Shown here one piece after another: positions 40,858 to 51,109 of a stretch of 64,000 nt of DNA. The DNA lies in assembly GCA_965219995.1 (NCBI GenBank), contig CBDCOX010000002.1:4256001-4320000 (forward strand). Reading direction: 5' to 3'. Position 1 is the first letter of the stretch. Every line of letters starts with the position of its first letter. The notes beneath the pieces were generated by a model, which worked only from the letters and a program-made list of their open reading frames with translations, was not told the origin of the DNA and searched no databases. The DNA is from Candidatus Latescibacterota bacterium (GTDB lineage: Bacteria; Latescibacterota; UBA2968; GCA-2709665). The translations under genes and the position numbers were made by a program.

Positions 40858-40915
40858 GTCGATGGCTCCCTCTTCAGGCGAGACGTCAGACGAGAAGCAT
40901 GTCCGGCGTTAGAAG

Positions 40916-42700
40916 TCAATCGGCACTACCGGCCGCTTTCGCGTTCGGGTCGGCGGCGGCCTTCCGCAACGCCTCGACAACGCCTGCATTCTTGATTGTC
41001 TTTTTTGCCGCCGCGAGATCCAACGGCGTTCGATTATTAGCCGCTTTCGCGTTCGGATTGGCGCCGCCCTTCAAAAGCGCCTCGACAACGCCTGCATTCT
41101 CGTTGTACTGCGCCGCGAGATGCAACGGCCTTAAGTTATATGCCGCTCTCGCGTTCGGGTCGGCGCCGGCCTCCAGCAGCGCCTCGACAACCGTTGCATT
41201 CTCACAATACGCTGCCGCGATATGCAACGGCCGTTTTTTTTCACTCGCTTTCGAATGAACGTTGGCGCCGGCCTTCAGCAATGCCTCGACAACGCCTGCA
41301 CTCTCGTTTTCCTTCGCCGCGATATGCAACGGCCTTAAATTATATGCCGCTTTGGCGTTCGGGTCGGCGCCGCCCTTCAAAAGCGCCTCGACAACGCCTG
41401 CATTCTCACAATACACCGCATAATGCAACGGCCGGAGATTTTCATCCGCTTTCGCGTTCGGGTCGGCGCCGCCCTTCAGCAACGCACCGACAACGCCTGC
41501 ATTCTCGTTTTCCTTCGCAGCGAGATGCAGCGGCCGTAAATTTTTTTCCGCTTTCGCGTTCGGGTCGGCGCCGCCCTTCAAAAGCGCATCGACGACGCCC
41601 GCATTCTCGTTGTACTGCGCCGCGAGATGCAACGGCCGATTACGAGTGAGAGACGTTTTCGCGTTCGGGTCGGCGCCGGCCTTCAAAAGCGCCTCGACAA
41701 CGCCTGCACTCTCGTTTTCCTTCGCCGCGAGATGCAACGGCCGGAAATTTTCATCCGCTTTGGCGTTCGGGTCGGCGCCGCCCTTCAAAAGCGCCTCGAC
41801 AACGCCTGCATTCTCGTTGTACTTTGCCGCAAAATGCAACGGTCGATGATTGAACGGTCCTTTCGCGTTCGGGTCGGCGCCGCCCTTCAGCAGCGCCTCG
41901 ACAACGCCTGCATTCTCGTTTCCTCTCGCCGCACAATGCAACGGCCGAACATTCATATCTGCTTTGGCGTTCGGGTCGGCGCCGCCCTTCAAAAGCGCAT
42001 CGACGACGCCCGCATTCTCGTTGTACTGCGCCGCGAGATGCAACGGCCGATTACGAGTGAGAGACGTTTTCGCGTTCAGGTCGGCGCCGCCCTTCAGCAG
42101 CGCCTCCACAATGGCTGCATTCTCGTTGTACCACGCCGCGAGATGTAACGGCCGTAAATTGAACACCGCTGCTTTCGCGTTCGGGTCGGCGTCGGCCTTC
42201 AACAGCGCCTCGACAACCGCCGCATTCTCGTTGTACCACGCCGCATAATGCAACGGTGTCGAGCTATGTTTGTCACGCGCCATGGGAGATTTTCCGAACG
42301 TGAGGCAAGCTGTCACCTCGTCGAGCGTCGCCGTCTTAAAATATCCGTCTGTGTTCCACCCTTCGCACATCAGCCCAAGTGCGTCGCGATAATACCGACC
42401 TTCACGCCCCGCTCTATGCATATACTCCTTCGCCGACGCAATCACGGTCCTGGTGGAATCCGCGACTTTTGCAGACCAGAAGTAGAATTCCTTCGGTAAT
42501 TCCAATTCATGCCTTTTGCTCAACTCGAGAACGTCTTGTAATAGAGTCCGGGCGCGATCCACGTCCGCATTTTGCACGGCCTGCTCCAATTGGACCAGGC
42601 GAGAGTCGATCAGATTCTCCGGGGGCAACTGGGAAAATGAGGGACAATGAAACAACAATAGGGACACCGAGAGTATTGCCAATACGAAAAGAAGCTTCAT
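40916..42700 (-). CDS. Secreted ankyrin-repeat protein (13 near-identical repeats)
   Basis: Start MKLLFVLAIL after GGAGG; repeats RPLH.AA..NENAGVVEALLKGGADPNAK. Confidence 0.92.
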   Translation of the reverse strand: MKLLFVLAILSVSLLLFHCPSFSQLPPENLIDSRLVQLEQAVQNADVDRARTLLQDVLELSKRHELELPKEFYFWSAKVADSTRTVIASAKEYMHRAGREGRYYRDALGLMCEGWNTDGYFKTATLDEVTACLTFGKSPMARDKHSSTPLHYAAWYNENAAVVEALLKADADPNAKAAVFNLRPLHLAAWYNENAAIVEALLKGGADLNAKTSLTRNRPLHLAAQYNENAGVVDALLKGGADPNAKADMNVRPLHCAARGNENAGVVEALLKGGADPNAKGPFNHRPLHFAAKYNENAGVVEALLKGGADPNAKADENFRPLHLAAKENESAGVVEALLKAGADPNAKTSLTRNRPLHLAAQYNENAGVVDALLKGGADPNAKAEKNLRPLHLAAKENENAGVVGALLKGGADPNAKADENLRPLHYAVYCENAGVVEALLKGGADPNAKAAYNLRPLHIAAKENESAGVVEALLKAGANVHSKASEKKRPLHIAAAYCENATVVEALLEAGADPNARAAYNLRPLHLAAQYNENAGVVEALLKGGANPNAKAANNRTPLDLAAAKKTIKNAGVVEALRKAAADPNAKAAGSAD

Positions 42701-42941
42701 TGCAAGACCTCCCTTGCGCGTATGGCCGGTATTTGGCACGTTTTCGGCCTGCCATCCTGCCTGCGTGCCCCGTAAACGTTTTTCCGGTTGGGCGGGGCCT
42801 TTTACTTGCTTTAATCCTCCGTTACCCCCTTTCGAATGTCTTTCGCCCTTGCGGCAGCGGACGCCGACGCAAGGCGCCACCGCTTGACCGCTCCCGACGG
42901 GCGACGTAGGTTCAATCTCGATTCAAAGGAAAAGGCGCAAT

Positions 42942-43587
42942 CACACCTGTCCAAAACGGATTTGACTAACTACGAAAATCGCGAAAATACACGAAATAAA
43001 TGGCTGGAAAAATCGTCCACAACCATTGGCGAAACGAGTCTGTCCTACCTTCGAGAAGACTGTCACGTTGAGGAGGCCGTCAGGCAGTCGATGCGTCCGC
43101 GCACAAGTTCATCTACAATTGGCATGTACTACATTTACAATCGAGAATACGGGAGATTCTTCGCTGCGCTATGATTGACGTGCTTTGCGATTACCCTTGG
43201 CGAAACGCTGAGCCCACACCTTCGCAGAACATGTCATCCTGAGGAGGCCAGCGCGCTCAGAATGACATGTTTTAAGATTGTCATGCACGTGGCTTCCCGC
43301 TGTCATCCAGAGGAGGCATTCAGGCCGACGAAGGATCTACTGCAGCATCGTTTCATCCTTGTGTGATTTGCACGTGTCGATACCTGAGAGGCAGCACGTC
43401 CGCCTGCAGCGCTGGACGGAAGCGGCGAAAGATTCTTCGACTCCGCTCAGAATGACACGCGTTGCAACAAACACCGACCGATGGCAACCTGGTTTCCGTT
43501 ATCCGGGGCAGACCCGTACAAGATCGCGAATTGAAGCCACTTTTCGAACCATACATCTGAGAATCTCACGGTTCTTGGACAGCTGTG
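42942..43587. mobile_element. MITE-like non-autonomous element
   Basis: TIR CACACCTGTCCAA / TTGGACAGCTGTG (1 mismatch in 13); flanking direct repeat AGGCGCAAT at 42933 and 43588; uninterrupted site at about 50984. Confidence 0.8.
43141..43457 (-). repeat. Composite REP-mosaic repeat, copy F (inverted, inside the MITE)
   Basis: cgggagattcttcgct..tgtcatcctgaggagg..gacgaaggatctactgcagcatcg..gatttgcacgtgtc is the reverse complement of the core. Confidence 0.8.
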
Positions 43588-43789
43588 AGGCGCAATGAAT
43601 AATCTGGCAGTGCGCACTTTCCGTCATCCAATGCGCCAGACGCGCAGACTACCGTACAATGAGAGTGTTTTCGCTGGCAAATTTGCGCCTTACGCCGTTT
43701 ATGGCGATCTCCCCACCAGCCGGTATTCATCCGCGCGCGTGAGCGAATGGGCGCACATCCCGTCGCGTTCCGTGCCTGCAACGTCCACC

Positions 43790-44055
43790 CACCTGTCCCC
43801 ATGCGTCCGCAAAGAGGAGCAAGTCGGCAAAATAGGTCCGTCCATCGCCGTCGAAATCGCCAGGGCACGCCGCTGCTTGCGTAAACGACAGCTTTGCGAC
43901 ACCCACCCCCAAGCGCGTCCACGTCGCGTCCGCTGGTCATCTCCATGCGCTTCGACGCCGAGAAATCGCCGCCTCATATCCGAAACAAGCAGATCCCGCT
44001 GGCCACGACACGGACTGACGTGTACCGTCCGTCCCACGTCGTGGTGAACGATCAC
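43790..44055 (-). pseudogene. Chimeric relic: CTD end fused to cohesin-like/dockerin-like fragment
   Basis: GDFSASKRM|EMTSGRDVDAL..VAKLSFTQAAACPGDFDGDGRTYFADLLLFADAWG. Confidence 0.8.
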
Positions 44056-44201
44056 TCTGGCGCCGTTGGTCGGTCCCTGAATGACCCGACTGAACTCACG
44101 TGGAACCCAGGCTCGTGCCACCCGTCGATTCCCAGATTGTCAGCCTGGTTCCAAACGGTTGGTCGAATCTCCTCCCCACTGGGTCCGAAACCGCGACCGG
44201 A

Positions 44202-46157
44202 TCAAGGCACGGCGGTGATTCGATAATCATTGCCCGAACGGGTGCCCTGCAATCCGTTCAGGTTGAAGCCCGAGCTGCAGAATCTTCCCGTACCGAAGGC
44301 CGTAAACTGATAGCACCCCCCACCGATATTGATAAACTCCGCACGACCCACGGAACACCTTTGATTCGGCTTCACCACCATTCCTACCGTGCACGCACCC
44401 AGGTTGTTGCCGCTACCACCGCCGCCACTGCCGGCGCTAAAGCCCGCGTGAACCGTATAGCTGCCGGTGGTCTGGTCGTCGTACCCTTTCACTTCGACGT
44501 AGTAAGTGCCGGAACTCACGGTGCGTTCGATGCTGAAATTGCCACCGCTGCCACTGTCGTCATCGCTGTCCAGAGACGTGCCCGAATCGTCATACAACGT
44601 GCCATACGTATCGGTGCTACCTGTTGAGTAGACCGTCAACGTACCGGCGCCGCCAACCTGTACACTGAAGTAATCCACGTCGCCGCCGGTCTCGATACGT
44701 CCCGAACTCGAATTGCCCGGAGACAGGCTCGTCGCGTCCGAACGGCTATTGCCGTGGTCATCGGAGCCGCCCTCGCCAGGCATTGTCGTGGTACCCTCAA
44801 CAATCGTGGACCACGTATCCGGAGAGCCGGTATTGCAGGAAGAGGAGTTCCGGTACCGATAACGCATCTCGTAGGTTGTGTTCGGCTCACGACCGGAAAT
44901 GAACGCGATATAGTATTGCGTAACGGTGTTGTTTGATGCGTTCCGCGGCTCCAGGCACCCTTCTATCCAGCTTCCTTGAGGCGTCTTTCGCCGAATCTGT
45001 ATGTCATAGGCTCGAGTTTCTCCGGCGCGCCATGTATCCAGAATGCCGAAATAAAGCGAATCGGCAGTTGCACGCGCAAAGACCGGGTCGCTCAGATCGG
45101 AAAGACGCCAATTTACTTCGTCAGCCGTAATTCCGTCGTCACACGTCAAGCTGAGGTCGCCCGTAGTCGAGGAGTTAAAGGTCAATTGCATCACACAGCG
45201 TCCACCGTACTCTCCCTGGTCATATTCCTGCGTCACTGTGCCGGTATTCGTACCGGTATTCGTATATGTGTAGCTACCGGGCAATCTGCCGACGTCTTCG
45301 GTGAATCGTCCTGCAGACACAAAATCGACAAAATAGAACCTTGTCACCAAACGATTGCCAACAACAAGACTGTTGAAGGCTGACTGATCTGCCGGGGCAA
45401 TGCCCGCCGGCGTTCCGCCCTGACCGCCACCCCCGCCGCCAACGGGATAGGTCGCGCCGAACGTAATCGCAAACGCCAGGAAGTCCGACAGGTTGATGCT
45501 GCCGTCATTGTCGAAGTCTCCCCGCGCGTCGTAGCCGGCCTCCCCCGACGAAGTGCCGAACATGCTCGCAAAGGCCAGGAAATCCGACAGATCCACATTC
45601 CCGTCGTTGTTGAAATCTCCCGCGTTGCCGCCGGCCGCAAACGTGATCTCAGCGGCGCCCACGGCCAGTTGATCCACGTCGCGTCCGCTGGTCATCTCCA
45701 TACGTTTCACCACAAGCTTCGCGCCGGCATCCAGCTCGCGCGTTACGGTTACGTTCACCTGGCCCAGATATCCCGACGAAGGTACCGTCGCTCCCGAAAT
45801 GAACAGCGCCGACAGCGTGGCTGCGCCGCGGCCGATCAGCGCGTTGCCGTTCCAGTCCACGCCCGATACCGTTCCTACGTGGTTTGCAAGGGTCTTGCCC
45901 GGCACGTCCAGTTCCAACGTGTACCCGTTCGTGGTATTCCCCCCGCCGGCAGGCGCGAAAAGCTGGAAGCGGATCGTGTCTCCCGCCTTCGGTACCGGAA
46001 GCGTCTTCGCGTTGTTGTTCGTCGCCGGTGTCTCGATCTGCGTATCCACGTGCAGTGCCGCACCCGAGAACACCCCGAGCAACTTCATCGCGTACGCAGG
46101 CGCGCACAGCAATACCGCCAGAAACACCCACGGTCCGATGCGTTTGAAGATCGACAT
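44202..46157 (-). CDS. Secreted cohesin-like / dockerin-like / beta domain / FN3-like / PPC-like / Cys-rich terminal module protein
   Basis: N-terminal ~235 aa nearly identical to 9734; DDHGN....AT..GRIE..GDVDYF..DDDSG..NF.I..GTYYV.V.GY; terminal module shared with 17221. Confidence 0.88.
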   Translation of the reverse strand: MSIFKRIGPWVFLAVLLCAPAYAMKLLGVFSGAALHVDTQIETPATNNNAKTLPVPKAGDTIRFQLFAPAGGGNTTNGYTLELDVPGKTLANHVGTVSGVDWNGNALIGRGAATLSALFISGATVPSSGYLGQVNVTVTRELDAGAKLVVKRMEMTSGRDVDQLAVGAAEITFAAGGNAGDFNNDGNVDLSDFLAFASMFGTSSGEAGYDARGDFDNDGSINLSDFLAFAITFGATYPVGGGGGGQGGTPAGIAPADQSAFNSLVVGNRLVTRFYFVDFVSAGRFTEDVGRLPGSYTYTNTGTNTGTVTQEYDQGEYGGRCVMQLTFNSSTTGDLSLTCDDGITADEVNWRLSDLSDPVFARATADSLYFGILDTWRAGETRAYDIQIRRKTPQGSWIEGCLEPRNASNNTVTQYYIAFISGREPNTTYEMRYRYRNSSSCNTGSPDTWSTIVEGTTTMPGEGGSDDHGNSRSDATSLSPGNSSSGRIETGGDVDYFSVQVGGAGTLTVYSTGSTDTYGTLYDDSGTSLDSDDDSGSGGNFSIERTVSSGTYYVEVKGYDDQTTGSYTVHAGFSAGSGGGGSGNNLGACTVGMVVKPNQRCSVGRAEFINIGGGCYQFTAFGTGRFCSSGFNLNGLQGTRSGNDYRITAVP

Positions 46158-46216
46158 ACTATCCTCCCTCAAGAGTACTCATCTGTTGGTACGGATACAT
46201 CACTACCCGTACCCGA

Positions 46217-47026
46217 TTATTTCAACAGCAACATGCGCTTCGACGCCGAGAAATCGCCGGCTCGCATCCGATACACGTACACGCCGCTGGCCACGACGCG
46301 GCCAAACGCGTCCCTCCCGTCCCACGTGGCCGTATACGTACCGGCCTGCAGCGTTTCGTTCACCAGAACCCGCACCTCCTGACCCAGCAGATTGTACACG
46401 GCCAACCGCACGTACCCCTCCTCCGGCAGCCGATAGCCGATTTCTGTCGACGGATTGAACGGATTCGGCGCACACTGATCCAGGACGTATTGGTCCGGCA
46501 GCGGCTTCAGGTCGGCGACCTCGACGTGCGACAACCGGTCCACAGCGCCGTCCACACCGACCAATACGCCTTCCGAAATCACGAAATCCGACGCCGGCGC
46601 GCCACCGATGGCTCTGAAGACCAACTCAACGAGCGCGCCCTCGCCGCTGCCGCCCTCGCCGTCGACTCTGGCGGCGGCAACTGTCAGCTCTCCAGGCGTC
46701 CGATCCGACGTGAGAAACAACGGCTCCTGACGAGCGCCCGAATCGAGCAGGTTGCCGGCTGGTTCTACGGCCTTGAGAAACGCATACCCCGAAGGATCGT
46801 ACTCGAGCCTCAGGCCGTATCCCTTCAACTGCCTCACCTGCGACAGCGAAACACGCAACGTCAGCGTCCCGGCATCGGCAGCCGGATCGCTTATCCGCTC
46901 CACCTTCAGACGCGCCAACGCGTTCTGCCCGCCCGTGATGGTCAGTCCGCGCATCAAGTCTCCCGCCCTTGCCGCGCCTGTCAACACAAACACCGCACCA
47001 ACGGTCGAAATTACCCGAACGAACAT
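46217..47026 (-). CDS. Cohesin-like domain + FlgD-like/T9SS-type CTD adaptor, copy 2
   Basis: Same length (269 aa) and colinear with 28714-29523. Confidence 0.85.
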   Translation of the reverse strand: MFVRVISTVGAVFVLTGAARAGDLMRGLTITGGQNALARLKVERISDPAADAGTLTLRVSLSQVRQLKGYGLRLEYDPSGYAFLKAVEPAGNLLDSGARQEPLFLTSDRTPGELTVAAARVDGEGGSGEGALVELVFRAIGGAPASDFVISEGVLVGVDGAVDRLSHVEVADLKPLPDQYVLDQCAPNPFNPSTEIGYRLPEEGYVRLAVYNLLGQEVRVLVNETLQAGTYTATWDGRDAFGRVVASGVYVYRMRAGDFSASKRMLLLK

Positions 47027-47170
47027 ACCTGCCTCCTTACGGCGACGTCACCTTCACGGTGACATGGTGAGTACTGCCATTCGTGGAGCGGCCGAACCGA
47101 TTCGTGCGGCCCTCGCACCGGTCTCCGATCAACGCAATGGATCCATGGCCTGAGCTCGATTCCGGCTGCG

Positions 47171-50100
47171 CTACCGCATATCCGCCACACCCTGGACATT
47201 GTTGCCGAGGACCGTCGCGTTCCAGCTGACTCTGCACCTGAGTGTATTTGCGCTCGTAGAGATGATCCCGGAGATCGTGTAACTTTTGGATTGACCGGCC
47301 GACAAAGAGCCAACCAAGCTAACGCCCACCAACCGGTCATTGGCATATCCGGTTAACCTTAAAACCGACACCGACCTGTTCGCTCGAACGGTGCCCCGCA
47401 TTGTGACCGTAACAAGACCACTTACAGAATTGCGTGTGCCCGAGCAACTCCCGGTTATCGTAACCGCATCGGTCGGAGTCGTGCCGCCACCGCCGCCGGA
47501 GGTGACCGTGACGCTTACGCCGGACGAACAGTTGTTGCCGGTATCGCCCTCGCCGCTGACGGCGTCCACACACGCACCGTAGTAAACCGTCCCCGCGCTT
47601 GACGGCGCGGTCAATCCGATCGACTCAGCGCTCGTCCCGGACGCATCCAGCGCCGCCACGGCGTCCGTGCCCACTTCGGTGTCGCTGTCGGAAATCGTTG
47701 CATCCGAAGAACGGTAATACCTCAGCGTCGTGGATCCTGCCGAAGCGTTGCCCTGATTGCGCGCCTTCGTGCTAAGCGTAAACGCCTGTCCGGTCGTCAG
47801 CGTGTTGTCGTCCACCGTCGGTGAATCGACAACCAGATCCGGACTGCCGCCGCCGCCAGATTGGTCGGAAATCGTGTATACATAGACTTTCTCTTCAGTC
47901 CAATCTATCACATAGAATCGGTTCTGAGCATAGGTGATGCCAGACTGAGCCCGGTTGCTGGGATCCAGATCGAAATCCGCGCCCGAAGCACGCTGACCGG
48001 AGGTCGTGTACGCGTAAACTTTGGCATCAATATGATCAACCACGTACAATCGGTTCTTGGCATAGGTAATACCCAACGCTTCCTCATTGCTGGCATCCAG
48101 ATCGAAGTCCGCGCCGGAAGCACGCTGACCGGAACTCGTGTACGCGTAAACTTTCTCATGTGCAGCGTCAACCACGTAGAATCGGTTATTGCCAAAAGTG
48201 ATCCCCAGCGGATCACCGTCGCCTTTATTCAGATCGAAGTCTGCACTGGAAACGCGCTGACCGGAACTCGTGTACGCGTAAACCTTTTCATCCACATAGT
48301 CCACCACGTACAATCGGTTGTTGGCAAAGGTGATACCACCCGGGTAATCATTGTTGGTATCCAGATCGAAGCCTTCACTGGAAAGACGTTGCCCGGAACT
48401 TGCGTATGCATGGACCTTGGCACTCACTCTATAGACCACATAGAATCGGTTGTTGGCATACGTGATGCCCTCTAGTTGACCGTTGGTATTTTCCAGATCG
48501 AAGGACGTGCTTGTCGGGGGCGTTCCGCCGCCGCCCGCCCCCATGCGAAGCTCCATCACGTAGATATCAGTGTCTCTGTCACGGTCACGATTGGAAAGGA
48601 AGGCGATCTGCCGGCCGTCGGGAGACCACGCGTGATTCCAGTCCCCGGCGTCGTTGTGTGTCAGTCTGCGGGAGTTGCTCCCATCGGCGTCCATCACGTA
48701 GATTTCCGAGTTGCCGTCACGACCGGAAAGGAAGGCGATCTGCCGGCCGTCGGGAGACCACACGGGAGACCAGTCACTACCGGCGTTGTGTGTCAGGTTG
48801 CGGGGGTTGCTCCCATCGGCGTCCATCACGTAGATTTCCCAGTTGCCGTCACGGTTGGATTGGAAGGCGATCTGCCGGCCGTCGGGAGACCAGGCGAGAA
48901 ACTCGTCGCGGCCGGCGTTGAGTGTCAGGTTGCGGGGGTTGCTCCCATCGGCGTCCATCACGTAGATTTCCCAGTTGCCGTCACGGTAGGATTGGAAGGC
49001 GATCTGTCGGCCGTCGGGAGACCACGCGAGTACCTGATCCCAGGCGGCGTTGTGTGTCAGGTTGCGGGGGTTGCTCCCTTCGGCGTCCATTACGTAGATT
49101 TCATAGTTGCCGTCACGGTAGGATTGGAAGGCGATGTGCCGGCCGTCGGGAGACCAGGCGGGAAACGCGTCGGAGGCGGCGTTGTGTGCCAGGTTGCGGG
49201 GGTTGCTCCCATCGGCGTCCATTACGTAGATTTCATAGTTGCCGTCACGTTCGGAATGGAAGGCGATGTGCCGGCCGTCGGGAGACCAGGCGGGAAACGC
49301 GTCGGAGGCGGCGTTGTGTGTCAGGTTGCGGGGGTTGCTCCCATCGGCGTCCATTACGTAGATTTCCGAGTTGCCGTCACGTTCGGAAACGAAGGCGATG
49401 TGCCGGCCGTCGGGAGACCAGGCGGGTAGATGGAGGACGGCGGCGGCGTTGTGTGTCAGCCTGCGTATCGTCCCCGCCGTCATACCACCGCCACCTCCCC
49501 CGCCAACGGGATAAGTCGCGCCGAACACCTCCACAAACGCCAGAAAGTCTGACAGGTTTATGCTGCCGTCGTTGTCGAAATCGCCGCGCACGTCGTAGTC
49601 AGCCTCCCCTGGCGACGTGCCGAACATGTTCGCAAAGGCCAGAAAATCCGACAGGTCCACACGCCCGTCGTTGTTGAAATCACCCGCGTTGCCACCGGCC
49701 GTAAACGTGACCTCAGCGGCGCCCACGGCCAGTTGATCCACGTCGCGTCCGCTGGTCACCTCCATGCGTTTCACCGTAAGCTTCGCGCCGGCATCCAGCT
49801 CGCGTGTCACCGATACGCTCACTTGACCCAGATATCCCGACGAAGGGACCGTCGCTCCGGAAATGAACAGCGCCGACAGGGTGGCTGTACCCCGCACGAT
49901 CAAGGCGTTGCCGTTCCAGTCCACGCCCGATACCGTTCCGACGTGGTTTGCAAGGGTCTTGCCCGGCACGTCCAGTTCCAACGTGTATCCGTTCGTGGTA
50001 TTCCCGCCGCCGGCAGGCGCGAACAGTTGGAAGCGGATCGTGTCTCCCGCCTTCGGTACCGGCAGCGTCTTCGCGTTGTTGTGCGTCGCCGGCGTCTCGA

Positions 50101-50221
50101 TTTGCGTATCCACGTGCAGGGCCACACCCGAGAACACCCCCAGAAATTTCATCGCGTACACGGGTGCGTACAGCAATACCGCCAGAAACACCCACGGTCC
50201 GATGCGTCTGTACATGCACAT
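47171..50221 (-). CDS. Secreted cohesin-like / dockerin-like / 7x PD40 (TolB-like) / NHL-like propeller / CARDB / terminal beta module protein
   Basis: Shared N-terminal cassette; 44-aa WSPDGR.IAF.S.RDGN.EIYVMDADGSNPRNLT repeats; FDLD..N....GIT.ANNR.YVVD....KVYAYTSSGQR repeats. Confidence 0.9.
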   Translation of the reverse strand: MCMYRRIGPWVFLAVLLYAPVYAMKFLGVFSGVALHVDTQIETPATHNNAKTLPVPKAGDTIRFQLFAPAGGGNTTNGYTLELDVPGKTLANHVGTVSGVDWNGNALIVRGTATLSALFISGATVPSSGYLGQVSVSVTRELDAGAKLTVKRMEVTSGRDVDQLAVGAAEVTFTAGGNAGDFNNDGRVDLSDFLAFANMFGTSPGEADYDVRGDFDNDGSINLSDFLAFVEVFGATYPVGGGGGGGMTAGTIRRLTHNAAAVLHLPAWSPDGRHIAFVSERDGNSEIYVMDADGSNPRNLTHNAASDAFPAWSPDGRHIAFHSERDGNYEIYVMDADGSNPRNLAHNAASDAFPAWSPDGRHIAFQSYRDGNYEIYVMDAEGSNPRNLTHNAAWDQVLAWSPDGRQIAFQSYRDGNWEIYVMDADGSNPRNLTLNAGRDEFLAWSPDGRQIAFQSNRDGNWEIYVMDADGSNPRNLTHNAGSDWSPVWSPDGRQIAFLSGRDGNSEIYVMDADGSNSRRLTHNDAGDWNHAWSPDGRQIAFLSNRDRDRDTDIYVMELRMGAGGGGTPPTSTSFDLENTNGQLEGITYANNRFYVVYRVSAKVHAYASSGQRLSSEGFDLDTNNDYPGGITFANNRLYVVDYVDEKVYAYTSSGQRVSSADFDLNKGDGDPLGITFGNNRFYVVDAAHEKVYAYTSSGQRASGADFDLDASNEEALGITYAKNRLYVVDHIDAKVYAYTTSGQRASGADFDLDPSNRAQSGITYAQNRFYVIDWTEEKVYVYTISDQSGGGGSPDLVVDSPTVDDNTLTTGQAFTLSTKARNQGNASAGSTTLRYYRSSDATISDSDTEVGTDAVAALDASGTSAESIGLTAPSSAGTVYYGACVDAVSGEGDTGNNCSSGVSVTVTSGGGGGTTPTDAVTITGSCSGTRNSVSGLVTVTMRGTVRANRSVSVLRLTGYANDRLVGVSLVGSLSAGQSKSYTISGIISTSANTLRCRVSWNATVLGNNVQGVADMR

Positions 50222-50274
50222 TCATTCCTCCCTTTGAATTATCCTTTGATGGTGCGGATCCTTCTCAATCCATA

Positions 50275-50358
50275 CCCTGCCCGCTTTCACGCCGGGTCTC
50301 TGTCTAGCGGCTGAAATTGAGTTGGGTGCGCGCGGTCCTCAGCGCATCGCTTCTTCCT
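50275..50358 (-). pseudogene. Degenerate fragment of the Cys lipoprotein gene
   Basis: DNA similarity to 33499-33588. Confidence 0.55.
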
Positions 50359-50361
50359 GCG

Positions 50362-50803
50362 TCAAGGCACGGCAGTGATTCGATAATCATTGCCCGAACG
50401 ACTGCCCTGCAGGCCGTTCAGATTGAAACCCGAACTGCAGAATCTTCCCGTACCGAAGGCCGTATACTGATAGTACACGCCACCGATATTGATAAACTCC
50501 GCACTACCCACGGAACACCTCTGATTGGGCTTCACCACCATCCCCACCGCGCACGTACCCAGGTTGTAGCCACTACCGCCGTCATTGTCGCAGTTCACCA
50601 CGCTGCTCTTGTATTCAATACCCTGCAGCCATGCCAGAAACGCCGCGTCCAATCAGCGCGTTGCCGTTCCAATCAACCCCCGATACCGTTCCGATATGGT
50701 TTGCAAGGGTCTTACCGGGCACGTCGAGTGCAGGAGAAGCCTGGACGACGGCCAGCGGCAATAGAATGAGGCCGATCAATAACAAGCGTTTTCTCGCCAA
50801 CAT
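50362..50803 (-). pseudogene. Collapsed gene: signal peptide + cohesin-like fragment + LRR C-cap + Cys-rich terminal module
   Basis: MLARKRLLLIGLILLPLAVVQASPA-LDVPGKTLANHIGTVSGVDWNGNALIG, then in another frame DAAFLAWLQGIE..NC..YRITAVP. Confidence 0.8.
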
Positions 50804-51109
50804 CGGATACACTCCTTTTTTGACCTTTTCGAGCTTCACGGACGTTCCGCGGGAGCGGCAGGACGTCGCCGGCATCTCGGTTGCCACCTCTGCCGGCAGG
50901 TGATCGCCCTTGCGGTGGCCGATGCCGCCACCACTTGACCGCTCCCGACGTGCAATGTTGGTTCAATCTCGATTCAAAAGAAAAGGCGCAATGAATAATC
51001 TGGCCGTGCGCATTTTCCGTCATCCAATGCGCCAGACGCGCAGACTACCGTACAATGAGCGTGTTTTCGCTGGCGTATTTGCGCCTTACGCCGTTTATGG
51101 TGATCTCCC

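Noticed and set aside
9734-50221. Invertase-driven shufflon
   Set aside because: All modules are co-oriented, and no recombinase gene or inverted crossover sites were seen
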